A DNA stretch of 60,951 bases, filler included, from Nitrospirae bacterium CG2_30_53_67 (GCA_001873285.1; 7 parts of 7 records of this genome joined end to end with filler, not necessarily neighbours in it); one strand, 5' to 3'; shown: positions 8,821 to 18,696, counted from the first letter of the whole stretch. Notes: generated from the letters alone by a model not told the origin. Translations and numbers: made by a program.

Positions 8821-11673
8821 TCATGAATAACTCGGACTCAATCTCTGCATCTCGGCAGTCTGCAATACCTTTTTCAGGTAAAGCCCCGTATAGGACTCCG
8901 GGACCCGCATGACTTCTTCGGGTGTCCCCTGGGCAATAATCATGCCTCCACGATCCCCCCCCTCAGGCCCGAGGTCGACGATATGGTCCGAGGACTTGAT
9001 CACATCCAGGTTATGTTCAATGATCACCACGGTATTGCCGGCATCCACCAGGCGGTTCAGCACATCCAAGAGCTTCTGAATGTCCGCGAAATGAAGTCCC
9101 GTGGTCGGCTCATCCAGAATGTAGAGGGTCCTCCCCGTACTTTTTTTGCTGAGTTCCCGGGAGAGCTTGACCCTCTGGGCCTCCCCTCCGGAGAGGGTGG
9201 TGGCCGCCTGTCCTATTTTGATGTATTCCAATCCCACGTCATACAGGGTCTGAAGCTTCCGCCGGATCCCCGGGATGTTTTCGAAGAACCGGAGGGCCTG
9301 GACCACGGTCAGATCCAGGACCTCGGAGATGTTTTTCCCTTTGTAGAGGATATCGAGGGTCTCCCGATTGTACCGTTTGCCCTTGCAGACGTCGCATTCC
9401 ACATAGATATCCGGCAGAAAATGCATCTCGATCTTGATCAGACCGTCCCCCTGACAGGCCTCGCACCGTCCGCCCTTGACGTTGAAACTGAACCGTCCGG
9501 GCTTATATCCCCTCATCCTGGCCTCGGGCGCCTGGGCAAAGAGGTTCCGGATATCCGTGAAAATCCCCGTATAGGTGGCCGGGTTGGACCTCGGTGTCCG
9601 GCCGAGGGGAGATTGATCCACATCAATCACCTTGTCCAGATTCGGAAGACCGAGGATTTCCTTGTGGGCTCCCGCCTTGATCCCGCTGCGGTAGAGTCTC
9701 TGCGCCAGCGCCCTGTAAAGGATATCCAGGACCAGGGTGCTCTTCCCCGAACCCGAAACGCCTGTAACGCAGGTCAGGAGGCCGATGGGAAAACGGACAT
9801 CCACTCCCTTGAGGTTGTTTTCCGAAGCCTGGACCACCGTGATGTATCCCCGCCTGGGCTTTCGCCGGGTTTGGGGGACCGGAATGCCGAGTTCCCGGCT
9901 GAGGTATTTCCCGGTCAGGGAATGGGGATTTTGCTTGATTTCATCCGGTGTCCCCTGGGCAACGATCTCCCCCCCATATTCCCCGGCGCCCGGGCCCATG
10001 TCGATCACGTGATCGCTGTTTAAGATCGTCTCCTCATCGTGTTCCACGACCAGAATGGTGTTCCCGATATCGCGAAGCCGCTTCAACGTTGCAAGAAGCC
10101 GCTTGTTGTCCCGCTGATGAAGGCCGATGGAAGGCTCATCCAGGATATAGAGAACCCCCACCAGCGACGATCCGATCTGTGTAGCCAGACGGATCCGCTG
10201 CCCTTCTCCGCCGGAGAGGGTCGCCGCCGTGCGGTCCAGGGTCAGGTAGGGAAGCCCGACGCTGATCAGGAACCCCAGCCGCTCCCGGATCTCCTTTAAA
10301 ATTCTCTCGGCGATCCTGGCCTCTTTCTCGTCGAGCAGGAGCATCCTGAAGAATTCCCCGGCTTCCCGGATCGACATCCCCGTCACCTCGGCAATATTCC
10401 GCCCGCCGACCTTGAAGGAGAGGCTTTCCTTCTTGAGCCTGGCGCCGTTACAGTCCGGGCACCGGTTGACCCCCATGTAATCCTCGATATCTTCGCGGAC
10501 ATAGGCGGAATCGGTTTCACGATACCGGCGGTCGAAACTGTTCAGGAGTCCTTCAAAAGGACGCTTGTAGGTATAAAGGCCCCCCTTCCCTTCCAGATGG
10601 AAAGAAATCTCTTCATCTCCGGAGCCGTAGAGAATGGCATGACGGACCCGTTCAGGAAGGTCCTTGAACGGCGTATTGACGTCGAACCCGTAATGCCGGG
10701 CCAGTGACAGGATCATCTGGTGAAAGTAAAAGGAGTTTCGTTTGTTCCAGGGCCTCAGGGCCCCTTCCCGGAGAGAGAGATTCTTGTCGGGCACGATCAG
10801 GTCAGGATCCAGACGCATGAGGGTCCCGATCCCTCCGCAGCTCGGACAGGCGCCATGGGGGCTGTTAAAAGAAAAGAGAGACGGTTCCACATCCGGATAG
10901 CTCACCCCGCAGTCGATGCAGGCCAGCCGTTCGGAAAATAAGAGGCGCTCGCCTCCGATGATCTCCACGACCACGATCCCCTCGGAATGCCTCAGGGCCA
11001 GTTCAATGGAGTCGGCAAGCCTCCGGCTGATCTCCGGCTTGATGGCGATACGGTCGATGACGATTTCGATGTTATGCTTCTTATTCTTGTCGAGGTTGAT
11101 CTCTTCGGAAAGCTCGTACATCTTCCCGTCCACCTGCACGCGGATGAACCCTTCCTTCCGCATCCTGAAAAACTCCTTCCTGTACTCCCCTTTCCGCCCG
11201 CGCACCACCGGTGCGAGGATCTGGATGCGGGTCTTCTCCGGAAGGGCGAGGACATGATCCACGATCTGTGTGACCGTTTGGGATGTAATGGCCTTCCCGC
11301 ACCGGTAACAGAACGGTTTCCCGACCCGGGCAAAAAGAAGCCGGAGGTAGTCGTAAATTTCGGTCACCGTGGCCACCGTGGATCTCGGATTCCTGCTCCC
11401 GGTTTTCTGCTCAATGGAAATCGCCGGGGAGAGCCCTTCGATCGAATCCACATCAGGTTTGTCCATCTGCTCCAGAAACTGCCGGGCATAGGCCGACAGG
11501 GACTCCACGTACCGCCTCTGCCCCTCGGCATAGATCGTGTCAAAGGCCAGTGAAGACTTCCCTGAACCGGAAAGACCGGTGATGACGACCAGCTTGTCCC
11601 TGGGGATCATCAGATCGATATTCTTCAGGTTATGCTCCCTGGCTCCCCGGATTTCGATCCATTCCCGCTGCAC
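8821..11673 (-). CDS. uvrA: Excinuclease ABC subunit A
   Basis: [10 protein letters not shown], two ABC modules, Zn fingers. Confidence 0.98.
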   Translation of the reverse strand: MQREWIEIRGAREHNLKNIDLMIPRDKLVVITGLSGSGKSSLAFDTIYAEGQRRYVESLSAYARQFLEQMDKPDVDSIEGLSPAISIEQKTGSRNPRSTVATVTEIYDYLRLLFARVGKPFCYRCGKAITSQTVTQIVDHVLALPEKTRIQILAPVVRGRKGEYRKEFFRMRKEGFIRVQVDGKMYELSEEINLDKNKKHNIEIVIDRIAIKPEISRRLADSIELALRHSEGIVVVEIIGGERLLFSERLACIDCGVSYPDVEPSLFSFNSPHGACPSCGGIGTLMRLDPDLIVPDKNLSLREGALRPWNKRNSFYFHQMILSLARHYGFDVNTPFKDLPERVRHAILYGSGDEEISFHLEGKGGLYTYKRPFEGLLNSFDRRYRETDSAYVREDIEDYMGVNRCPDCNGARLKKESLSFKVGGRNIAEVTGMSIREAGEFFRMLLLDEKEARIAERILKEIRERLGFLISVGLPYLTLDRTAATLSGGEGQRIRLATQIGSSLVGVLYILDEPSIGLHQRDNKRLLATLKRLRDIGNTILVVEHDEETILNSDHVIDMGPGAGEYGGEIVAQGTPDEIKQNPHSLTGKYLSRELGIPVPQTRRKPRRGYITVVQASENNLKGVDVRFPIGLLTCVTGVSGSGKSTLVLDILYRALAQRLYRSGIKAGAHKEILGLPNLDKVIDVDQSPLGRTPRSNPATYTGIFTDIRNLFAQAPEARMRGYKPGRFSFNVKGGRCEACQGDGLIKIEMHFLPDIYVECDVCKGKRYNRETLDILYKGKNISEVLDLTVVQALRFFENIPGIRRKLQTLYDVGLEYIKIGQAATTLSGGEAQRVKLSRELSKKSTGRTLYILDEPTTGLHFADIQKLLDVLNRLVDAGNTVVIIEHNLDVIKSSDHIVDLGPEGGDRGGMIIAQGTPEEVMRVPESYTGLYLKKVLQTAEMQRLSPSYS

Positions 11674-11766
11674 AAAAAACTCCTTGAATGACTGAGATTT
11701 AACTGTCGAGTTTAAAAATTGATATTAACAAACCTGCAAAATAATGTAAAGTTCAATTGCAGCCGC

Positions 11767-11888
11767 GGGTGTGCGACAAATTTATGAGTAAAACATTTCT
11801 CTAAGAACGTCATTCCCCGATCCCCCGATCAAGTCGGAGGACAGGCCTGATCGGGGGATCGGAGGACAGACATTTTTGTCGCAGACCC
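11767..11888. mobile_element. 122-bp MITE with 9-bp TSD and a nested palindrome
   Basis: TIRs GGGTGTGCGACAAA / TTTGTCGCAGACCC; direct repeat TGCAGCCGC at 11758-11766 and 11889-11897. Confidence 0.8.
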
Positions 11889-12008
11889 TGCAGCCGCATC
11901 CATGAACGAGAAGGTGAAAGACCTTTTTTCTTGACTTTCACCGGGATGAATAGTATAGACAACATATTGAAATCAAATATTTTTTCAATTCAATATACGG
12001 AACATCAA

Positions 12009-13133
12009 ATGGCGAGAGGACCTCTCTTTAAAAAACCTCGGCTCAGCCCATGGCTGGTTTTCCTGATCTTGCTCCTGGTCCAGGGCGGCTGTTTCTGGAA
12101 GAAAAAGACCCCTGAAAACGAACAGCCGGCCGGTGTCCTTTATCAGAAAGGACTTGAACTGATCCAGAAAAAAAAGTTTGAGAAGGCCCGTGAGGCCTTC
12201 AACAAGGTCAAGGTGATATCCAAGGAGACCAATCTGGAGCTTCTCGCTCAGATCGCCGTGGCCGACAGCTACTTCGAGGAAAATGAATACGAGGCTGCGC
12301 GGGCCCAATATGAGGACCTGTTCAAGCTGCATTCCGGAGGCGAGATCGCGGATTATCTTCAGTACCGGATCGGCGAATGCTACTTCTGGCAGATGGATAC
12401 CATAGACCGGGACACCACCGACGCCAAAGAGGCGCTGAAAGCCTACAATCTTCTGGCCGAGAAATTCCCGAAGAGTGAGTATCTCCCGCAGGCCGGACTG
12501 CGGATCAGGGAGATTCATGCCTTCCTGGCGGAGAGCGAATTCTTTATTGGAGACTTCTACCTGCGGAAGAACGCCCTTTTCTCGGCCATTAATCGTTTTA
12601 AAAAAGCGCTGGAGCTTTACCCGGAGTCAGGCATTGAAGATAAGCTGATCTTCTACCTTTACAAGGCATACGTCTCCCTCAAGGACCATGACCATGCGGA
12701 AGTCTATCGAAAGCTTCTGATTGAACGTTTCCCGAATAGTGAATATGTCCCGATGATCCCATCGCAAGAAAAGCAAGGTCTTGCAAACGGCTTTGAAGAT
12801 CCGAATGAAACCTCCGTTAGAGAACCCTATTTTCCAACGGTCGGCGACAGCAGTTTGCCGGCGCCATCTTCAAGGAACGCGGTGAAGGGCGATCTTAGGG
12901 AAGGGCTTCAAAAAATCGCGCTGCTCGATGAACCCCGGCCCGAAGAAGATCGGACGCCCATAGGGATTGCAGGGACCTACCAGGGAAAGGATATGGATTC
13001 CTGGTATCGAAGGATCCTCTTTCCCGATGCAGGCGCCTCTGATCGTTCCTGTTCGGTCCCGCCAGGGGAACCTTCACCGGAAGAACATGAAGATCTGCAG
13101 AAACGATCTTTCTTCGAAAAACTCATCCCATGA
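12009..13133 (+). CDS. bamD: Outer membrane protein assembly lipoprotein BamD with long C-terminal extension
   Basis: Signal peptide ending QGGC, TPR helices, DRDTTDA..FPKSEY, HAFLAESEFFIGDFY. Confidence 0.82.
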   Translation: MARGPLFKKPRLSPWLVFLILLLVQGGCFWKKKTPENEQPAGVLYQKGLELIQKKKFEKAREAFNKVKVISKETNLELLAQIAVADSYFEENEYEAARAQYEDLFKLHSGGEIADYLQYRIGECYFWQMDTIDRDTTDAKEALKAYNLLAEKFPKSEYLPQAGLRIREIHAFLAESEFFIGDFYLRKNALFSAINRFKKALELYPESGIEDKLIFYLYKAYVSLKDHDHAEVYRKLLIERFPNSEYVPMIPSQEKQGLANGFEDPNETSVREPYFPTVGDSSLPAPSSRNAVKGDLREGLQKIALLDEPRPEEDRTPIGIAGTYQGKDMDSWYRRILFPDAGASDRSCSVPPGEPSPEEHEDLQKRSFFEKLIP

Positions 13134-13840
13134 TGACCCGGCGCATCTATTATCCCATATTTTTAAATCTTCAAGGGGAGAGAACCCTGATCATCGGCGG
13201 GGGCCGCGTTGCAGAACGTAAGGCCCGGTCTCTGCTCAAGTCTCATGCCCATGTCACGGTGATCAGCCCTGAGCTGACATCCGGACTGCGCCGGCTTGCC
13301 CAGGCCGGCCGGATCATCCACAAAGAGAGGAAATTCCTCTCCTCTGACCTGAACGGGATCCGCCTCATCATCTGTGCGACCAACGATACGGCCGTCAACC
13401 GCAAGGCCGCCGTGCAGGCAGAAAGAAAAGGGATATTATATAATGTGGTCGATGTCCCGGAGCTCTGCAATTTTATCGTCCCCTCCATGGTCCGGCGCGG
13501 AGACCTGACCGTGGCCGTCTCGACCGGAGGAGGCAGCCCGGCTCTATCTAAAAAGGTCCGTCAGGAAATCGAAACCCTGATCGGCCCCGAGTACAAGACC
13601 TTCCTGAAACTCCTGAGGGAGGCCCGCCCGAAAATCCAGCGGGAGATCCCGGAGAAAAGCCGCAGGACACGGGCCTATCGGGAGGTGATCGAATCTGAAA
13701 CATTGTCCCTGATCCGGGCAGGCCGCATCAAAGAAGCCAGACAAAGAGTCAGGGAGAAAATAAAGATCATTTCCAGAAGAGCGGGTGAAAACATAAGGGT
13801 TCAAGGGGTCAAGGGGTCAAGGATTCCAGGGGTCAAGTGA
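13130..13840 (+). CDS. sirC: Precorrin-2 dehydrogenase/sirohydrochlorin ferrochelatase (SirC/Met8/CysG-N)
   Basis: YYPIFLNL, IGGGRVAERK, NVVDVPELCNFIVPS, VSTGGGSPAL. Confidence 0.9.
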   Translation: MMTRRIYYPIFLNLQGERTLIIGGGRVAERKARSLLKSHAHVTVISPELTSGLRRLAQAGRIIHKERKFLSSDLNGIRLIICATNDTAVNRKAAVQAERKGILYNVVDVPELCNFIVPSMVRRGDLTVAVSTGGGSPALSKKVRQEIETLIGPEYKTFLKLLREARPKIQREIPEKSRRTRAYREVIESETLSLIRAGRIKEARQRVREKIKIISRRAGENIRVQGVKGSRIPGVK

Positions 13841-14070
13841 AGTGCTAAAAACATAAGGGGCCGATGGTCCTAGGGTTCCAGTGTTTTTATCTGGAGATTC
13901 TGCTTGCATTTCAGTATTTCACTTAAACCCTTGACCCCAAGATACCTCAGTGTAGTAGCCGTCGCAGACGGCAAAGATAGAGAAAAGCGGGGCACGCGAA
14001 GCGTAACCCTGGAATCCTCGAACCCTTTTTTACCCACTAAATGGCCGAAGGCTCGTAGAGGAGAAGAACC
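13765..14070. mobile_element. ISL3-like MITE with octamer (GGGGTCAA/GGATTCCA) repeats
   Basis: Left end GATCATTTCCAGAAGAGCGGGTGAAAA, right end ACCCACTAAATGG..GGAGAAGAACC; near-TSD AAAATAAA/AAAATCAA; homologous to the copy starting at 60252. Confidence 0.75.
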
Positions 14071-14128
14071 AAAATCAAAGATAAAAACCGACCAAAATCC
14101 TTTGGGAGAGATGATCTTGAAAGACTTA

Positions 14129-14228
14129 NNNNNNNNNNNNNNNNNNNNNNNNNNNNNNNNNNNNNNNNNNNNTTAATTAATTAANNNNNNNNNNNNNNNN
14201 NNNNNNNNNNNNNNNNNNNNNNNNNNNN
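14129..14228. other. Artificial contig linker
   Basis: N44-TTAATTAATTAA-N44 (six-frame stop spacer). Confidence 0.99.
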
Positions 14229-14355
14229 GGACAGCGCCCATTTTACTTGACTGAACAAGTAAAGTGAAACATGCGGTTGAGGTCTTTGATTTTGCTCTAT
14301 GAAATGTCAAGATTCAGGACCCTCGATAATTTTGGGCCGGTGACATCGGTGAGGC

Positions 14356-14420
14356 TTGCGTATTTGCCTGAGTATTCCTCCTACGAGGATATTGCAGGAG
14401 ACCAAGATAGATAAGAGGGG
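14356..14420. repeat. 65-bp perfect direct repeat, copy 1
   Basis: Identical to 16692-16756. Confidence 0.97.
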
Positions 14421-14583
14421 CGCGGAATCGCTCCTTTGCCCATGGTATTGCTACCATAATTTGATAAATATTATCCAATGTTTCGGTGTGCGAGGCAGCG
14501 GCGAAATTGCCTGATGAGGTCGAAGCGATTGAGGACGTTGAAGCCGTCGAGGAAACCGCATTGGATGCGGAGGCTGAAGAAGC

Positions 14584-15231
14584 ATGAGCGAACCACCTGA
14601 CAGACCGAAAATCTATCATATTACCCATGTGGATAATCTATCCTCTATTCTGGCCGCGGGCGGTCTTGAATCCGATGCCAGGCGGCTTGCTCAGGAGGTA
14701 GGGCACACGACTATCGGCATGACGGAGATCAAGCAGCGCAGGTTGACGATGGAGGTTGACTGTCACCCCGGAACCAAAGTCGGCGAGTATGTCCCGTTTT
14801 ACTTTTGTCCCCGTTCGATCATGTTGTATCTGATCCACATGGGAAATCACCTTGACTTGGCCTACACGGGCGGGCAACGGCCTATTTTACATCTCGAAAC
14901 GGACCTCTATTCTGTGGTAGAATGGGCCAGGGAGAACAGCCGCAGATGGGCCTTCAGCAAGAGCAATGCAGGGGCCTTCTATACGCGGTTTAAGAAAAAC
15001 TTGGACGAGTTGAACGAGGTGAGCTGGGATGCTGTTGCAGCTCAGGATTTTCGTGACTCAAGAATCAAAGAAGGCAAGCAGGCCGAGTTCCTGCTTCACG
15101 ACACTTGCCCCTGGAAACTCATAGAACGAATCGGCGTGATTGATGAGCCGACAGCGGAGCGGGTCAACACGATTCTCAGGCAGAACAGGCATCGGCCCGG
15201 CGTTAGCGTTCAGCCTGATTGGTACTATTGA
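14584..15231 (+). CDS. darT: DarT ssDNA ADP-ribosyltransferase toxin (DUF4433)
   Basis: YHITHVDNL, YVPFYFCPRSIMLY, KQAEFL, C-terminal WYY. Confidence 0.93.
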   Translation: MSEPPDRPKIYHITHVDNLSSILAAGGLESDARRLAQEVGHTTIGMTEIKQRRLTMEVDCHPGTKVGEYVPFYFCPRSIMLYLIHMGNHLDLAYTGGQRPILHLETDLYSVVEWARENSRRWAFSKSNAGAFYTRFKKNLDELNEVSWDAVAAQDFRDSRIKEGKQAEFLLHDTCPWKLIERIGVIDEPTAERVNTILRQNRHRPGVSVQPDWYY

Positions 15232-15251
15232 AACATACGGGAGATAAGGCC

Positions 15252-16298
15252 ATGATTGATCTGAAAAAAGACGACATTCTGACCGCGGACGTAGAGGCCT
15301 TGGTCAATACGGTAAATTGCGTCGGCGTTATGGGGCGCGGTATTGCGCTTCAGTTCCGCAAGGCCTTTCCGGAGAACTTCAAGGAGTATCAGGCTGTTTG
15401 CGAGAGGGGTGAATTGAAACCCGGCAAGATGTTCGTTCATGAGCAAGGCCAACTGACGAATCCGCATTACATTATCAATTTCCCCACCAAGGACCATTGG
15501 AAGGGCAAGAGCCGGCTTGAGTATGTCGATGCAGGATTGGAGGCGCTGATAAAGGAAGTGCGGCAGCGAGGCATTAGCTCGATCGCTATTCCACCGTTGG
15601 GCTGCGGCCTGGGCGGACTGAAGTGGAGTGATGTGCGACCGCGCATCGAACGCGCTTTTGAATCCATGCCCGATGTGCGTGTGCTGCTCTACGAACCGAA
15701 AGGAGCTCCGCAAGCTTCCGACATGGTCAAAACAGCGCAAAGACCGAAGATAACCGTTGGGCGAGCCGCTTTGCTCGGGCTGATGAATCAATACCTGAAT
15801 GCCTTAATGGATCCTTTTGTATCGCTGCTCGAAATTCACAAGCTTATGTATTTCATGCAGGAAGCCGGCGAAAAGTTGAAGCTCCGATACAGCAAGGGTC
15901 TTTACGGCCCCTATTCCGAGAACCTTCGCCATGTGCTCAGCCTCATTGAAGGACACTTCATCCAGGGCTATGCCGATGCAGAAGACAACCCGCAGAAACA
16001 AATCGAATTGCTTCCTGGATCGGCCGACCACGCAATGACATTGCTTGCGCGCCATGCTGAAACTCGCAAACACTTTGACCGGGTGACAGACCTGGTGAAA
16101 GGATTTGAGACGCCTTTTGGCATGGAGCTGCTTTCAACCGTTCACTGGGTTGCTATACGCGAGGAATGTGTCACTGTGGATCAAGCCATCGAGAAGACGC
16201 ATGCATGGAACCCCAGAAAGCAAATGTTTGAACCGGAGCATATCCGGATTGCCTGGAATGTTCTTCAGCAGAAGGGCTGGCTGTCCAAGGTCAGTTGA
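15252..16298 (+). CDS. darG: DarG macrodomain antitoxin
   Basis: VNTVNCVGVMGRGIALQF, INFPTK, PPLGCGLGGL plus the DarG C-terminal domain (YGPYS, ELLSTVHW). Confidence 0.94.
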   Translation: MIDLKKDDILTADVEALVNTVNCVGVMGRGIALQFRKAFPENFKEYQAVCERGELKPGKMFVHEQGQLTNPHYIINFPTKDHWKGKSRLEYVDAGLEALIKEVRQRGISSIAIPPLGCGLGGLKWSDVRPRIERAFESMPDVRVLLYEPKGAPQASDMVKTAQRPKITVGRAALLGLMNQYLNALMDPFVSLLEIHKLMYFMQEAGEKLKLRYSKGLYGPYSENLRHVLSLIEGHFIQGYADAEDNPQKQIELLPGSADHAMTLLARHAETRKHFDRVTDLVKGFETPFGMELLSTVHWVAIREECVTVDQAIEKTHAWNPRKQMFEPEHIRIAWNVLQQKGWLSKVS

Positions 16299-16373
16299 GG
16301 CCGAGTCCTTGGAGCGGAATATCCTCTCCGTCTTTCTTGTTGATAGAACTCTGCTCTTTTGCCAAGCCATCTT

Positions 16374-16490
16374 TTACTTGATGGGCATTTGTATTGTGTA
16401 GTTGTCAGGCAGATGGGGATGAAAGGTTTCCTAATAACTGCTTATCCCACAGACAAGGTAAAGGAAGGAGATGTTATATGGACAAAGTAG
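16374..16490 (+). pseudogene. 3' remnant of the toxin gene normally paired with DUF2283
   Basis: Frame reads LDGHLYCVVVRQMGMKGFLITAYPTDKVKEGDVIWTK* and overlaps the DUF2283 start; no 5' part is present. Confidence 0.6.
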
Positions 16491-16690
16491 TGGTTTACTA
16501 TCACAAGGATTCGGACACGATGGATATCTGGTTCGGAAATCCCGAGGACGAAGTTATATGTGAAGAGGCAGGAGAGGGTATTATCTTCAAGAAGGATAAA
16601 AATGGAAAGACCATCGGGATAGAAAAGCTATATGTCAGCAAGACTGCCGGTATTGACAAGCCGTTCCCGTTTGAGCTGGTGGTTGCTTAG
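16478..16690 (+). CDS. DUF2283-family small protein (putative antitoxin)
   Basis: MDKVVVYYHKDSDTMDIWFG...KDKNGKTIGIE; RBS AGGAG. Confidence 0.8.
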   Translation: MDKVVVYYHKDSDTMDIWFGNPEDEVICEEAGEGIIFKKDKNGKTIGIEKLYVSKTAGIDKPFPFELVVA

Positions 16691-16691
16691 A

Positions 16692-16756
16692 TTGCGTATT
16701 TGCCTGAGTATTCCTCCTACGAGGATATTGCAGGAGACCAAGATAGATAAGAGGGG
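16692..16756. repeat. 65-bp perfect direct repeat, copy 2, followed by palindrome GTCAAAGGTGTC-T-GACACCTTTGAC
   Basis: Identical to 14356-14420; perfect 12-bp hairpin at 16758-16782. Confidence 0.97.
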
Positions 16757-16975
16757 TGTCAAAGGTGTCTGACACCTTTGACCTTCACGAGCAGGCAGAC
16801 AATCGAATTATGTTATATTTTGTATGCCAAAGATAGGCTGGAGAGGCTATGTACGGCGCATGAAATGTAGCGGGTCTCCGCCTCCGTCCGACCGCGCGTC
16901 GGCGATTCGTCTTGACATGGGGAGGGGAGTTAAGTAAAATAGCCCGTCTGATATTAATGGCAAATGGGATAATTT

Positions 16976-18622
16976 ATGTTAACCTACTTCTACCGAAAAG
17001 ACGACCAGGACATCTTCTCCGGCCGAAAACGCGAGCTGTCGCTCCTGGAGGGGTACCTGCTCGCACAGCGTCCCGCGGACGCTCACCTCTCGGGGCTCCG
17101 GCGCATCGGGAAGACCATGCTCATCAAGGAGTTCATCAAGCGCCGGCTCCGCGACCGGGCCGTTCTGCCGGTCTACATCAACCTGGAAGAGATCGCGGAG
17201 ACGCCCGAGGACTTTGCCCTCAAGTTCACGGGATGGCACCTCTACTGGCATTATGCGAAGGGAGACCGGCTGCCCGGGCCTTTTCTGCACCTGCCCTCGC
17301 TCCTGTTCGAGGCGCATGACAAGGCGCTGCGGGACGCCCTTCTGCCGATCACGCAGGAGCTGGAGAAGGCAAGGCCCGACCGGCAGAGGCTGCTCCAGGA
17401 GTGCTTCGGGTTCTCCGAATCGCTCGCACGGTTTGCGAAAAGGCGGGTGCTGCTCTTCCTCGACGAGTTTCAGGAGATCCAGAATCTTACAAACTTCGAC
17501 CAGACGAAGAACATCCTGAAGATCATGCGCGGCGTCAAAGACCGGTCCGAGCACGTGACCTACTGTATCAGCGGCTCGATCATCTCGGAAATGGAATGGA
17601 TCACCAAGGACGACCGGAGTCCGTTCTTCAATCAGTTCAACCACATCGACATTCCTCCCTATTCTCCTCAAGAGTCGCGTGAACTCATCCGCAAGTTCAT
17701 CCCGGACATTGACGCGCGGAACGCCGGTCTCCTGCATCATTACAGCGGGGGGAACCCTTTCTACCTCGTTCAGCTCCTGAGGAAGACCGTGCTGTTCCTG
17801 GGACGGGAAGAAGAAACGTCGGAAAGCCTGATCAAGCGGGCGTTCATATCCGAGACTCTTTCCCCGAACGGCCTGATCCACTCCTACTGCAACTATCTCT
17901 ATTCCGTTTCTTTGCAACGAGCCAAGGGATACGGCGTGCTGAAGTCGCTTCTGGACGCCATCGCCGCTTCCGAATCCTCCATGACCCAGTCCGAGCTTGC
18001 CAGAGAGCTCAGGATGACCCAGGGCGCGGTCCGGGTCAATCTGAAGGAGCTCCAGGCGATAGGGCTGCTCACGGAGCGGGACCGGCGATATTTTTACAAC
18101 GACCCGGTGCTCAGGTACTGGGTGGCATACGTCCAGAACGGCATCGAGGCCCCCGACTTTCCGAAGGAGAAAGACCTGGTTTCCCTCATCGAGGAGCTGG
18201 ACCGGAAGTACCGGCTCGTTTCTGAAGAGCTGGGTCGGGAGAAGGAAGGGACGGTACGCGAATTGATGCGCCTTTTTGCCGGCCAGAGGGTGGAAGGGAG
18301 GCTGTTCGGCATTACGCGGACGGTCATGCTTCCTCGGTTTAAAAGCATCAAGCGCTTTGTCTCGGATGAAGGCAGGACAGAGATCGACGTCTTGGCGAGA
18401 AACGGCGTGAGGTGGGCGGTGGAGGTGAAGTGGAAGAGCAAGGCAGTGGGAGAAAAAGAAGTCTCAGCCTTTTTTCAGAAAGCAGCGGCCGTTGCCGACC
18501 GATGCTGGTATGTATCGAAGGCCGGTTTTACCAAGGAGGCCAAGGCATTCGCATCAAAAAAAGAGATGTTTCTTTCCTCGGAGCGTGAAATCGGCATTCT
18601 AAAGAGGGAACTGGAAAAATGA
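16976..18622 (+). CDS. Archaeal-type/STAND-like ATPase with winged HTH and C-terminal PD-(D/E)xK nuclease
   Basis: FSGRKREL, Walker A GLRRIGKT, Walker B LFLDEFQ, SGGNPFYL, HTH TQSELARELRMTQGAVRVNL, DPVLRYW, EIDVL..VEVKWK. Confidence 0.85.
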   Translation: MLTYFYRKDDQDIFSGRKRELSLLEGYLLAQRPADAHLSGLRRIGKTMLIKEFIKRRLRDRAVLPVYINLEEIAETPEDFALKFTGWHLYWHYAKGDRLPGPFLHLPSLLFEAHDKALRDALLPITQELEKARPDRQRLLQECFGFSESLARFAKRRVLLFLDEFQEIQNLTNFDQTKNILKIMRGVKDRSEHVTYCISGSIISEMEWITKDDRSPFFNQFNHIDIPPYSPQESRELIRKFIPDIDARNAGLLHHYSGGNPFYLVQLLRKTVLFLGREEETSESLIKRAFISETLSPNGLIHSYCNYLYSVSLQRAKGYGVLKSLLDAIAASESSMTQSELARELRMTQGAVRVNLKELQAIGLLTERDRRYFYNDPVLRYWVAYVQNGIEAPDFPKEKDLVSLIEELDRKYRLVSEELGREKEGTVRELMRLFAGQRVEGRLFGITRTVMLPRFKSIKRFVSDEGRTEIDVLARNGVRWAVEVKWKSKAVGEKEVSAFFQKAAAVADRCWYVSKAGFTKEAKAFASKKEMFLSSEREIGILKRELEK

Positions 18623-18696
18623 AGGTGTCGAACCAACGATCAGTGACGATCTCATGAAACGGATCATCAATTACAAAACGAAATGCTGATCGAACG

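Noticed and set aside
6196..10023. Long antisense ORFs opposite nadB, aroF and uvrA (likewise opposite the helicase, kinase and RND genes)
   Set aside because: Shadow frames expected in GC-rich coding DNA; no motifs or RBS.
11674..11757. Possible LexA/SOS box upstream of uvrA
   Set aside because: No convincing CTGT-N8-ACAG or GAAC-N4-GTTC match was found.
13790..14030. Octamer arrays as CRISPR or coding repeats
   Set aside because: Degenerate 8-mers inside TIR-bounded MITEs with no unique spacers. ORFs such as 13904-14176 and 55485-55835 are repeat read-through.
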